A stretch of DNA of 63,385 nucleotides from positions 1-63,385 of IMG/VR virus record IMGVR_UViG_3300037751_000116; one strand, given 5' to 3'. The notes beneath the pieces are model-generated. The model was given only the letters and a program-made list of their open reading frames with translations. It was not told the DNA's origin and did not search any database. Below, one piece after another: positions 8,877-18,074 of this stretch. Position numbers and translations under genes: made by a program. The stretch is from a virus. Taxonomy: Duplodnaviria; Caudoviricetes. The stretch's first letter is position 1. Each line of letters begins with the position of its first letter.

Positions 8877-9806
8877 TTAAAATAACTCCCTGGTAAGAGG
8901 TTGGCGCATCCCGGCGCGTTTCTTTTCGTTTATCATTCGTTCGATCTCTTGATACGACCACAGGTTATAGGTAACCCGTCCTAGATAGCGCCGGACCAAC
9001 TCGAGATCAAATCCCTGTTCTTTCAAAATATCCACAATACGCTGTTGCTCTATCGGGGTCAAGGTATCAATGTGTTTACCCGCCGTCTGGCGACTGGGTG
9101 ACTCGTCCGATATATCAAGGTTCCCGTAGCCCGGTATGGTGATCGAACCGAACGCTGTCGATTGTATCCACGACGACGAGTCGCAAGAATACCACGGGTA
9201 CCTTTCCATAAGAGGCACGGCGGTGATCCCGAACCCGTGCACCCGGGTCTTGGGTCTGCCTGAACCGTCGAGAATGTATTTCTCGAACATTCGGTCTAGC
9301 CAAAGCTCTAGTTGCTTTTGGCTGGAGCCGACCATACCGCCCAAAGTAATGTATTCGTAGTTTGCAATATAATGTTCTAGGTACCGTTCATCCTCTCCAG
9401 CATGGAAACAGGGCAGCGGGCGAACCCCCAACGACTCCATCTGGACCTGGTTCTGGTAGGTTTTCAGAGGGTCGCCGATGCCGTCCAGCACGGAGGCCAA
9501 GAGAATACCGTTTTCTTTCCTTATCAGGTCCTCGTTCTCTTTTATGTATCTACAATAATCCTCTACATTCAACTCGACCCCCAAGGTATAGGCCGAATAA
9601 GCGCCCGAGTCAAGAAAGACCTGGGTACCGGCTGCGCGAAGCTCTCGTACCTTCTTTTCCTTCCCCACGTAGTGCCATGACTCCAGCCGATTGACTACCT
9701 GGTGAACGATTTGCTTTTCGTGGTCAAGCAGTTTATTATACTGCAACTGGCCCTCTCCTACCCCGAAGGTGAAGGTACCAGCGATATAAATCTGCAAGTC
9801 ACTCAT
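8877..9806 (-). CDS. dpdA: DpdA-type DNA guanine transglycosylase (TGT fold)
   Basis: FLDSGAYS, PCFH, LGGMV, HGFG, DSSSW motifs; adjacent to preQ0 synthesis genes and polymerase. Confidence 0.85.
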   Translation of the reverse strand: MSDLQIYIAGTFTFGVGEGQLQYNKLLDHEKQIVHQVVNRLESWHYVGKEKKVRELRAAGTQVFLDSGAYSAYTLGVELNVEDYCRYIKENEDLIRKENGILLASVLDGIGDPLKTYQNQVQMESLGVRPLPCFHAGEDERYLEHYIANYEYITLGGMVGSSQKQLELWLDRMFEKYILDGSGRPKTRVHGFGITAVPLMERYPWYSCDSSSWIQSTAFGSITIPGYGNLDISDESPSRQTAGKHIDTLTPIEQQRIVDILKEQGFDLELVRRYLGRVTYNLWSYQEIERMINEKKRAGMRQPLTRELF

Positions 9807-9908
9807 AATATCCCATAAACCCCCGATTTTAGCCCCGTGGAGCGCCCGTGCTTGGCCTCCGAAGGGGATAGGAGCGCCCGGCCCTATCCCCTATCCCTGC
9901 GCCCGCTC

Positions 9909-10481
9909 CTAGCGGCCCGCTAGAGACATAAACTCGGCTCTCGCTTCAGGCTGGTCACGCAACGCTCCGCGCAGAGCGCAGGTCACCGTATGATGGCCTT
10001 GTTGGCAGATACCGCGGCTTTCCATGCACATGTGGCGCGCTCGAATAATCACCCCCACCCCTACAGGACCAAGATGGGTGTCGATAGCATCGGCGATTTG
10101 ATTGGTCAACCGTTCCTGAACCTGAAGCCTGCGCGCGAATACATCCACCACACGCGACAGCTTGCTCAATCCTACGACCCCATTGTGGGGAATATAGGCT
10201 ACCGTGGCGGTGCCAAAAATATCAGCGAGGTGGTGTTCACATTTGCTGAATAAAGGTATATCCTTTACCATCACCATCTGGTCGTAACCGTCGGCTCCGT
10301 CATTGAATACCTTTAGGATTTCGCCCGGGTCCTCGTGGTATCCTTTGGTCCAGTATTCCCAAGCCTTAGCCACCCGGTCAGGGGTTTCGATCAATCCGCC
10401 GCGAAGCCCGGTGTTATGGTTCTGCACCTCAATGAGGTGAAGTAATTGTTTGACCAGACCAGAGACTAATTCTTTTTTCAT
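9909..10481 (-). CDS. folE: GTP cyclohydrolase I
   Basis: ETPDRVAK, CEHH, GLSKL, RRLQVQERLT, HMCMESRG. Confidence 0.97.
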   Translation of the reverse strand: MKKELVSGLVKQLLHLIEVQNHNTGLRGGLIETPDRVAKAWEYWTKGYHEDPGEILKVFNDGADGYDQMVMVKDIPLFSKCEHHLADIFGTATVAYIPHNGVVGLSKLSRVVDVFARRLQVQERLTNQIADAIDTHLGPVGVGVIIRARHMCMESRGICQQGHHTVTCALRGALRDQPEARAEFMSLAGR

Positions 10482-10933
10482 TTCTTCTTTCCTAGATATG
10501 TGGCGGAGTTGCCTTCGTGCTCGCTCACGGTGACGCTGTGCATACGAACGCGAGGTGTATAGCCTGCATCGGTCAACCAGATTTCAGCAACGCCGTAAAT
10601 CAACTCGGCGAAAGCCTCGCATCCCGTAGCGGGCACCAAGATGATTTCGGCCACCCCGATCTCTGCCAGAGAGATAAGGATGTCGCGGGCGGGGTCGTCT
10701 TCAGCTACCAACATCTTATGGTCTAAGCTATCCTCTAGCCGTCCCTTAAGAGACTTCAGTGAGCCGAAATCAACCACCCAGTTGCACTCGTCCAATTCAT
10801 CCGACTCAAACTCAAGATGAACTTTCAAGGCGTACCCGTGCAAAAGACGGCAATGACTTCTGGCCCGCCATTGACGGAAACAAACGCTCAACCCGAGATT
10901 GTGGCCGTAGGTCTTTGAGGACCGATAGGTCAT
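10478..10933 (-). CDS. queD: 6-carboxytetrahydropterin synthase
   Basis: HCRLLHGY, VVDFG, LDH, terminal EHEGNSA. Confidence 0.9.
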   Translation of the reverse strand: MTYRSSKTYGHNLGLSVCFRQWRARSHCRLLHGYALKVHLEFESDELDECNWVVDFGSLKSLKGRLEDSLDHKMLVAEDDPARDILISLAEIGVAEIILVPATGCEAFAELIYGVAEIWLTDAGYTPRVRMHSVTVSEHEGNSATYLGKKK

Positions 10934-11196
10934 TACCTAACCCTCCGTGCGTTAGCGATATGCCGCCCGGTCAACAGGACTACCTCGACGCAGAAACAGG
11001 TGTCGGGCATTTCTTTGAGGACATCGGCGGCGATTTCCTCCATGAACGCGCAGCGCATTGATGCCAGTCGACGGATCGTTCTGCGAACCTCGTAGAGTTC
11101 TGCGAACCCTTCGAAGTACGCATAAATGTAAACCACATCTGGCAAGCCGTTGACCGGGCAGATAGTTACAATAGGCAACCAGTGACTGATCCTCAT
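10933..11196 (-). CDS. QueF-like T-fold protein (87 aa)
   Basis: CPVNGLPD matches QueF catalytic Cys/Asp spacing; MEEIAADVL resembles QueF-L HEELAVDL; no NADPH-binding QueF motif; ATGA overlap with the upstream gene. Confidence 0.7.
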   Translation of the reverse strand: MRISHWLPIVTICPVNGLPDVVYIYAYFEGFAELYEVRRTIRRLASMRCAFMEEIAADVLKEMPDTCFCVEVVLLTGRHIANARRVR

Positions 11197-11609
11197 GGTA
11201 GTACTATGCTCATTATCCATCCGTAAATCCAAACAAAGGTTATGGCTAGTCCGAATAACCAGCGCTGTGAGAACCATTCCCAGTCCGGGCCATCAGGCGC
11301 GAAGCGGTGGCGGGTTAGAGGGTAGAGTAGCATCGGACCCCAGGTCTTGCCGTGGGTCGGCACATCTAGGATCAGATGAGACGCCAGAGCTAGAAAGACC
11401 AGCGGACTGCCCGTAGCAACCCACGCAGCCCCGCCCACCAATGCGAGAAAGGCTAGGGTATGGGTCAGGTCGTAAAGTATTGTCGGTTTCGATCTACGGG
11501 GGCCGATAAGAGGTAGGTCAGGCAACACCGCGACCACCGCCCCCAATAGGGGATTACCGTAGGCTAAGCCCACGGTAAAACCGGCGATAGCATGGGAGAA
11601 AACGTCCAT
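11193..11609 (-). CDS. YdjM-like membrane-bound metal-dependent hydrolase
   Basis: SH at N-terminus, LPDL, THT, SHLILD motifs; several hydrophobic segments. Confidence 0.75.
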   Translation of the reverse strand: MDVFSHAIAGFTVGLAYGNPLLGAVVAVLPDLPLIGPRRSKPTILYDLTHTLAFLALVGGAAWVATGSPLVFLALASHLILDVPTHGKTWGPMLLYPLTRHRFAPDGPDWEWFSQRWLFGLAITFVWIYGWIMSIVLP

Positions 11610-11614
11610 CGGAA

Positions 11615-12382
11615 CTAACCCTGATAACCGCGATAATTGGCGGTATCAGGTAGCGTCATAAGCCCTTCACGCCAAGCACGAAGAACCAGCGGGTCGGGAA
11701 ATCCCGCCTTTTCGAAACCGTCCGCACGCAGCACGTTTGCGTGGTTCATATCGGTGGGCGGATATTTTCCGTCGTAGCTCGTATGGGTATAAGCCATCGC
11801 TTCCCAACAGCCGGGAGTATCAAAGGCAAGGTCGACGGTCTCCGCCTTTGTGAGATACATCAACGGCGACATCAAGGTGATAGGGCGGGTGGCCCGATGA
11901 TCATTTCCAAGAGCCTTGTTAATGTAGTCCTGCGCCGCTTCAATGAATACCTTACGGCAGTCATCGTAGTTCGCGTTATCCATCTGGCAGACGCCGGTGT
12001 AGATATAGTAAACCCCTAGCGCCGCCGCCCGGTTGGCTGCGATCGTCAGGAATAGAGCGTTGCGCATCGGCACGAAAGTTTTTTCGCGGCGGTCCCCGAT
12101 CACCTCGTCCATCTGTTCGGCATTCTCATACTGTTCGAGAGGGCCACCGGTAGTAAGAGGGCTGGTACTATGAAGGATGCCGGGCACCTCGATAACTTCG
12201 TGGCTGGAGACTCCCGCCATGGCCGCAACCTTTCGAGCCGCGTCGATTTCAATTGAATGAGTCTGACCGTAGTCAAATGTGATGGCGTGAACCTCGTCGT
12301 GTTCATGCTTTGCCAAGAATAGACAGGTCGTGCTATCCTGCCCGCCCGAAAGGATTACGAGTGCGCGTCGTGCTTTTTTCAT
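11615..12382 (-). CDS. queC: 7-cyano-7-deazaguanine synthase
   Basis: SGGQDS PP-loop, FDYGQ, VPMRN, YDDCR. Confidence 0.93.
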   Translation of the reverse strand: MKKARRALVILSGGQDSTTCLFLAKHEHDEVHAITFDYGQTHSIEIDAARKVAAMAGVSSHEVIEVPGILHSTSPLTTGGPLEQYENAEQMDEVIGDRREKTFVPMRNALFLTIAANRAAALGVYYIYTGVCQMDNANYDDCRKVFIEAAQDYINKALGNDHRATRPITLMSPLMYLTKAETVDLAFDTPGCWEAMAYTHTSYDGKYPPTDMNHANVLRADGFEKAGFPDPLVLRAWREGLMTLPDTANYRGYQG

Positions 12383-12394
12383 AACTCTGGTTCC

Positions 12395-13186
12395 TTATTC
12401 CAGTTCAAGGGTTTTGTGAATTTGGAGTTGAAGCGTGTAGCCGAAATCGAGGCAAGACTTAACCGCCGCTGCCCGGTTCAGGCCGTTTTGGTATTCATCC
12501 TGAACATCGGCGGGCTGAACATAGATCGGTAAGCTCCACCCGCCGTCTCTGCCCTTCATAGGGCGCGCAAGCTGCGGGTTCGCGGTGTGCTTCAGGGCGC
12601 GGATGGGTAGCCCGTCATCGGGGTTGATATTCTCATGGTCAAGGACGTATTTGAAACAGCACGACCGCGCCTCGGTATGCTGGTGGACCTTGCCGGTCTT
12701 AGGGCTGCAAACGATATAAACCCCACGGGTGTCGCCCGCGATGCTGGTGACCGTTCGCCGTAGAAGGAACCCGATACCATCGGGCGGGGGAAGCGTGCCG
12801 TTGGTTTCAATCTGGATGTAGAACCCTTTGTCGATCAGGCACTCAACCAAGGCACGCAGCCCACCGGGTTGCCTGAATGGTTCACCGCCGGTAATCACCA
12901 CCAGCCCATTGTCGTGAATAGGAAGCGCTGAAACTTCGGTGGTCACTTCCTCTGCCGTCATGGTCCTTCGACCAAGGGTATACTCGGTATCGCAGAGAGG
13001 GCATTGAAGGTTGCACCCGGCTAGCCGAATGAAAACGGCGGGGCGACCGCTAAAGGGTCCCTCGCCTTGGATGGTATGAAAGATGGAGTGAACCTCGACA
13101 TCTTGCCGGTAAGATCGGTTGGTCTTTTCAATCGGCTGCGAGTTCAAACGGGTTCCGTCAAACGGACCGGTATAATCTTGGGTCAT
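12395..13186 (-). CDS. queE: 7-carboxy-7-deazaguanine synthase (radical SAM)
   Basis: TIQGEG, CNLQCPLCDT, ITGGEP, IETNG, LQIHK; start re-placed at MTQDY after gagg. Confidence 0.95.
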   Translation of the reverse strand: MTQDYTGPFDGTRLNSQPIEKTNRSYRQDVEVHSIFHTIQGEGPFSGRPAVFIRLAGCNLQCPLCDTEYTLGRRTMTAEEVTTEVSALPIHDNGLVVITGGEPFRQPGGLRALVECLIDKGFYIQIETNGTLPPPDGIGFLLRRTVTSIAGDTRGVYIVCSPKTGKVHQHTEARSCCFKYVLDHENINPDDGLPIRALKHTANPQLARPMKGRDGGWSLPIYVQPADVQDEYQNGLNRAAAVKSCLDFGYTLQLQIHKTLELE

Positions 13187-13274
13187 GATGCCTCGTCGGG
13201 GGTTGCCGCTTAGCGGGAGTTTCCGAAGCCCGCCCGTATTACGGGGCGGGCTGGTGGTAGTATAACGTCGAGGT

Positions 13275-13955
13275 TTATTCAGTGGCGGGTGCCGCCTCGC
13301 TGGGTGGTGCTGCGGGTTCGGTAGCAGGGGCAGCGGGTTCAGCGGCGGGCTTAGGCGCGCGGCCCACCGGGCCGATCCCGTGGAACTTCCGCCACTGGCC
13401 ATACTCAGCGCGCACATTGCCGACGCTGAGACCGGCTTTTTCAGCGAGTTCGATGCACTCCGAAATCGGGGCAGGCGCTTGCTTGGCCGCGCTGACCTGG
13501 TCGAAAATCGCCCACGCCTGCCCGCATTTGGAACCAGCGATAGGATGCAGAATGCCGTTCTGTTTCACTCGCTCGGACTTCTGCGCGGCCTTGGCCGCTT
13601 TGGCTTCCTCGCGTGCTGCCTTGGCCGCTTCTTTCATTTGCGTCTTGACAGTTTTGATGTTGTCACGAGTGGCCTTCAGCGCGACCTTGGCTGCGTCTGA
13701 GTTTTGTTTCGCGGCTTCTTCAGCGGCGTTCGCTTCGACCAGCGCGGCCTGACCTTGGGCGCGGTTCGCCGCGTTGGCCTCGTCGTCGGGGATGGCGTCG
13801 AGTGCGGTCTTGACATTCACTGTATACTGCTTCGCGGTCTTCAAGGCTGTGACGGCGGCGTCGGCTGTGGCCTTGGCCTCGGTAACGGCGGCTTCAGCGA
13901 GATCAACAGGAGACGGCGGGGTGATGGCGTCAGTGGCTTCAACGGTATCGTTCAT
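13275..13955 (-). CDS. Ala-rich coiled-coil protein with C-terminal putative DNA-binding domain
   Basis: Highly biased codon usage; own promoter; GLSVGNVRAEYGQWRK domain. Confidence 0.7.
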   Translation of the reverse strand: MNDTVEATDAITPPSPVDLAEAAVTEAKATADAAVTALKTAKQYTVNVKTALDAIPDDEANAANRAQGQAALVEANAAEEAAKQNSDAAKVALKATRDNIKTVKTQMKEAAKAAREEAKAAKAAQKSERVKQNGILHPIAGSKCGQAWAIFDQVSAAKQAPAPISECIELAEKAGLSVGNVRAEYGQWRKFHGIGPVGRAPKPAAEPAAPATEPAAPPSEAAPATE

Positions 13956-14058
13956 GGTTCATGGTCCTTTTCTACGGGTTTCTGCGTTGTGCCTATTTCG
14001 AATATCATAGCGCCTACGGAGGTGCAAGGATTATTTCAGTAGGTATAGGTCGATACCT

Positions 14059-14265
14059 TCAAAACGGTGGTTCTTCTTCATACTTGCCGCATCCCATGGC
14101 GATCACCCTAGCGGGCGGGCGCGTTCCATCTGCCAGTGCGCACCCCTCGGTGGCCTCGTCAAAATGATTACAGGTTACGCAGGATCGGTAAAGCCGGGCA
14201 CGCTCGACCAACTCGAATATAGCGCGATGTATATTTCTCGTAGTTTCATCGGCTGGCAGGGTCAT
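14059..14265 (-). CDS. Small Cys-rich protein
   Basis: SCVTC...C...RPPARVIAMGC; directly downstream of helicase. Confidence 0.7.
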   Translation of the reverse strand: MTLPADETTRNIHRAIFELVERARLYRSCVTCNHFDEATEGCALADGTRPPARVIAMGCGKYEEEPPF

Positions 14266-14277
14266 ACCGTTTAATCC

Positions 14278-16110
14278 TCAAAATGGAATATCGTCGTCAT
14301 AGTAACTGTCGCCGCCCTGATAGAACGAGGCGGTCTTGGCCTGCGCGGTTAGAGCTTCAAGGGGGTCAGGTCCGGGGTCTTCTAAAGGCGGTCCGCCTAG
14401 GTCGGGGTGAAGCTCAAAACGGGTACCCACGAAATCGTAAGCCTTGATCGTATCGTACCGCCCGCCTTTTTCGATCCGTAGAAACTTAGGTTTATTTAGT
14501 TGCGCTGAAGCTTCGACCGCACTATCAATATCGGTTGGTGCGGGTCCTTGGCCTCCGTGGGACCGCCACCAGTTTTCTGCCTGTCTGCGCGGAAACGATT
14601 TAGGCTCATGACCGAAACATACCCATGTTGAAAATCTACGATAACCGCAGAAATAATCGACCCTCATAGTATCCGGCTTGCCGCCCTTACCCTCGTGTAG
14701 AGAGGCTACCATACGGTGAACCCCTACTACCTCATACTCAGGCGGCGCGGGTTGTTGGCTTAAGTCGATAGCTTGGGTAACAACCAGCGCCGACTCGCTA
14801 GCGTCATTCTTATAGCGCTCCGGTGGCGGGAACTCGTGGCCGCACTCCTCGCAGGTCCTTCGACTTATATGGTTATATGTTTTGCACTCAGGACATTCCC
14901 GTACCATTTCATAGCTAGCCTGTTTGGTTCCCCTGCGCGCCGGGATACGCGGGTAGTTGATTGGTCCCATACGTTCGGTGTTCCCTACGAAATCCATAAC
15001 TAGACAAGTTTGCTTGGGACCGGCTAGCATCGCATTAATGCGACCGTCTCGGGTGGTGAGATCGAACCCGGGAGCATATACAGGCCGGGTGCCGCGCCCC
15101 ACGATCTGCACCCAGAGGCCGGGAGAGCGGGTTAGACGCAACGCCCCTATCATGTCAATATTCTTTTGATTATACCCGGTCGTCAGAATATCCTTATTGG
15201 TAACCCCCTGAAGTTCGCCCCGCTGGAAAGCGGCTAGTACCTCTTTCCGATCTCCGCGTTGACTATGAACCGACTCGTGGGGATACCCTTTGTAGGTAAA
15301 CATATCAGCCACCAGGTCGGCGTCCTCAATACTCTGACAGAAATGCAGCCACGCTTTGCGCCCCTGTTCGACGCCTAGCGCGATCATAAGGTCAACCGCC
15401 CGTTCAAGGATGTCTTGATCCTTCATGGCCTGCGATGCGGCCTTGTTATCGAAGTCGCCGCCGGTGATCCCTACGCCGTCGCTGTCGAGCTTGAAGCCGG
15501 GCGACTTTGGAACGGGACGGGAGAGGTAGCCTTGTTCTATAAGCCATACGAAAGCCTCTCCGTCGCTAAGATCAAAAGCCACCTCGTCGAATAGCTTACC
15601 GTCGGTAAGCATACCAGTACCCATGCGAAAGGCGGTGGCGGTATACCCGATAACAATCAGGTTGGGGTTAACCTTCTTCAGAGCGCCTAGAAGACGGTTA
15701 TAACTGGCGGTATCCTTGTCGCTAATCATATGCGCTTCGTCCACGAGAACGAAGTCAACGTGCTTGAAAAGCGCCGCCTTATCTCGCACCGACTGAATGC
15801 TGGCAAATGTTATTTGGTGGCGGTGATCCTTCAAACCCAGACCGGCGCAATATACCCCCGCTGGAGCGCCGGGCCATATCCCTAGTAGTTCTCGGTAATT
15901 GCCTGAAACCAGTTCCTCTACGTGAGCTAACGACATTATACGTAGATGCGAATACATCGCGAGTAGATGCCAAATCAACATCGCCATTTGCAGACTTTTG
16001 CCGGTGCCCGTCGGCTCGATTATCAACGGGTTCTTGTCGGGGTGGGCGTGAATGAAGTTCCACGTAAAGTTGTGGCACGCCTCTTGGTAATCTCTCGGTA
16101 CTAGGTTCAT
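14278..16110 (-). CDS. SF2 DEAH helicase (RadD/YejH-like)
   Basis: PTGTGKS, DEAH, TAT, QIVGRGTR, Zn ribbon CPEC/CEEC, acidic DDDIPF tail. Confidence 0.93.
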   Translation of the reverse strand: MNLVPRDYQEACHNFTWNFIHAHPDKNPLIIEPTGTGKSLQMAMLIWHLLAMYSHLRIMSLAHVEELVSGNYRELLGIWPGAPAGVYCAGLGLKDHRHQITFASIQSVRDKAALFKHVDFVLVDEAHMISDKDTASYNRLLGALKKVNPNLIVIGYTATAFRMGTGMLTDGKLFDEVAFDLSDGEAFVWLIEQGYLSRPVPKSPGFKLDSDGVGITGGDFDNKAASQAMKDQDILERAVDLMIALGVEQGRKAWLHFCQSIEDADLVADMFTYKGYPHESVHSQRGDRKEVLAAFQRGELQGVTNKDILTTGYNQKNIDMIGALRLTRSPGLWVQIVGRGTRPVYAPGFDLTTRDGRINAMLAGPKQTCLVMDFVGNTERMGPINYPRIPARRGTKQASYEMVRECPECKTYNHISRRTCEECGHEFPPPERYKNDASESALVVTQAIDLSQQPAPPEYEVVGVHRMVASLHEGKGGKPDTMRVDYFCGYRRFSTWVCFGHEPKSFPRRQAENWWRSHGGQGPAPTDIDSAVEASAQLNKPKFLRIEKGGRYDTIKAYDFVGTRFELHPDLGGPPLEDPGPDPLEALTAQAKTASFYQGGDSYYDDDIPF

Positions 16111-17159
16111 TTAACGGGTTCCCAGTCTCCGCAGCCTTCAGCGACGAAGTCAGGAGGTATCTGTCCATGATGACGAGAACAAAACCAATTGGCCCCTGCG
16201 ACCGCGCTAGCGTATACGCATGACCGGCAGTTCTTTTCGGGGGTCTTGCCGTAGTGGCAGATTTCCCGGTAGTCGCAGAACCGGCACTCAAACCAAGACG
16301 GGTCCTCGGTTAGCCGGGCTGGAGCTTCGTTCTGGTCAATAATCTGCATTGCCCGTTCTGGGTAGAATATACCCATTTCAGGCTTATACATAATGATCTC
16401 CGAATACAGATGGTCGTCATCCTTGCAGCTACCGATATACAGCCCCCATTTCAAACCAAAGAAGTGCATATACTGTTGCATCTGAACGTAGTGTTCCGGC
16501 TTAGATGAAAGAACCCCTTTCTTCTTCAGATCAGTGAATGATTTGAGGTTATGGGTCTTATTCTCGAACAGCCCCCACCCTAGCCCGGCGACCTCAGGAA
16601 ACCACCTTTCGATCCCTCGCACCATGCCGTCGCCTGACCCGGAGTAATGCCCCTTATCAGCGTATCCGGCTGGTAGCCCGCGATGATCAAAAATCGGTCG
16701 CGGCTCTTGGCCTACATCTATCTTGAACCCCCACTGTTTAGGGGCGCAACTGAAACCTTTGGTGTCCCATTTTTTGGCCATAGCGAGGTGGTGAGGATCA
16801 TCGTGCACATCGTCGTGACTAGCGTGAATAGGATCATCCCACGGCTGGACATAATAGGGACATAGAATGTCATCGTGGGTCATGGTCGGATCGAATATCA
16901 GACGTTCAGCATAATCACGAACCTCCGCCCCGGCTGCGCGCAACCATCGAACGACCCGGTCCTCCTCCTCGTGCCCGCGGTTGAATAGGCGCTTGATCCG
17001 CCCGGTGAATTTAACGTCCAGTACCCACCGAAACTCATACCAAGCTTTACGGGCGCAACGGGTACTTACCACCGAGGGTCCCAGATGCTTGCGCCGCTTT
17101 TCGGAAAGCACCTCTAAGCTGGCCTCGTCGAGCGCTTTAATGAACTCGTTGTTACCCAT
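16107..17159 (-). CDS. Cas4-like PD-(D/E)XK exonuclease
   Basis: N-terminal Cys (RCARK), GHEEE, DG, ENKT, QMQQY, C-terminal CRFCDYREIC. Confidence 0.85.
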   Translation of the reverse strand: MGNNEFIKALDEASLEVLSEKRRKHLGPSVVSTRCARKAWYEFRWVLDVKFTGRIKRLFNRGHEEEDRVVRWLRAAGAEVRDYAERLIFDPTMTHDDILCPYYVQPWDDPIHASHDDVHDDPHHLAMAKKWDTKGFSCAPKQWGFKIDVGQEPRPIFDHRGLPAGYADKGHYSGSGDGMVRGIERWFPEVAGLGWGLFENKTHNLKSFTDLKKKGVLSSKPEHYVQMQQYMHFFGLKWGLYIGSCKDDDHLYSEIIMYKPEMGIFYPERAMQIIDQNEAPARLTEDPSWFECRFCDYREICHYGKTPEKNCRSCVYASAVAGANWFCSRHHGQIPPDFVAEGCGDWEPVK

Positions 17160-17160
17160 T

Positions 17161-17625
17161 TCAAACCCCTAGCTTCAGTAAAGAGCGACCCTTGCGTGCT
17201 TGCATAAGTCCTTTGCGGGCGTTCATATCCGCCCAATTATTAACGTACGATGCGCGATCTCTATTCGAGGTATGCGCCTTTATCCAGCGGCTTTCTATCT
17301 TGACGATGGTTAGCCCCCACTCGGTGGCCATCGCATCACGCCAGAGCGCGACCAAATAGTCCTTGGTCATTTCGCCTTTGATCAGATGCTGTACCGCCAT
17401 ACAATCACTTCTCAATATGATCTCGGTTGCCCCGTATTGAGTAGCTATCCAGAGTCCATTTAACGCGGCCTGAACCTCGGCCTCCGTGCTATTGCGCGGA
17501 TTTCCTTTAAGGGTTCCGTAGCCCTTAAAGGGTGCAGGTAGGCAGTCTACGCGGACCCATGCCGCCCAACCGCCTACCCGCTTCCTATGATCGTATGACG
17601 CATCGGTTAGTACAGTTGACTTCAT
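17161..17625 (-). CDS. Ribonuclease HI-like
   Basis: TDAS, AEVQA, SDC, WIKAH, NNWAD. Confidence 0.88.
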   Translation of the reverse strand: MKSTVLTDASYDHRKRVGGWAAWVRVDCLPAPFKGYGTLKGNPRNSTEAEVQAALNGLWIATQYGATEIILRSDCMAVQHLIKGEMTKDYLVALWRDAMATEWGLTIVKIESRWIKAHTSNRDRASYVNNWADMNARKGLMQARKGRSLLKLGV

Positions 17626-18074
17626 CCGTTCTTACCCACGGCGGCGATAAGGCTCATGTTGATTGTGTGCGCCCCGTCATGGGTCACGAGATCAATTTGC
17701 ATTACCTCGTAGCGGGTAACATTATTGAGCGCCCGCAAAAGGGCGTCGGGATGGGTCTTGATATTTTCCGCCTCTTTGTCGCAGCGTAACCTGTCGCTCA
17801 ACTTCTCCGCCTCACTCTTAAGAGTGCGGGCAGCGACCGGGGTCGATCTGTCGCCGATTATCTCAACCACCAACCAGATTTTATACGAACGATTATCAAC
17901 CATTTTATTCGATCCTCTCTTTTTGACCACACACCTTTTGCAGAGGTTGGATTTGCGCGCGGCCATCGCCTTTTTGTTCACAACCCTACGACTTCCACAC
18001 TCCCCGCAAATAACTACGGTATCGTTCGGCGAAATATCGTCACCGATCCCGGAGTATGTAGGTTTTTCGCTCAC
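17622..18074 (-). CDS. Hypothetical Zn-ribbon protein
   Basis: CGEC...CKRC; 4-nt overlaps with neighbours. Confidence 0.6.
   Translation of the reverse strand: MSEKPTYSGIGDDISPNDTVVICGECGSRRVVNKKAMAARKSNLCKRCVVKKRGSNKMVDNRSYKIWLVVEIIGDRSTPVAARTLKSEAEKLSDRLRCDKEAENIKTHPDALLRALNNVTRYEVMQIDLVTHDGAHTINMSLIAAVGKNG

Noticed and set aside
8877-13186. Queuosine tRNA-modification auxiliary genes
   Set aside because: No queA or queG; the TGT-fold gene lacks the canonical tRNA-TGT zinc motif and sits beside the DNA polymerase, which fits DNA modification.
13187-13274. preQ1 riboswitch upstream of queE
   Set aside because: Lacks the class I consensus and A-rich tail; kept only as a generic structured leader.
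16107-17159. CRISPR-Cas system suggested by the Cas4-like nuclease
   Set aside because: No repeat-spacer array or other cas genes seen; solo Cas4-like exonucleases near Sak4 and SSB genes are ordinary phage recombination genes.
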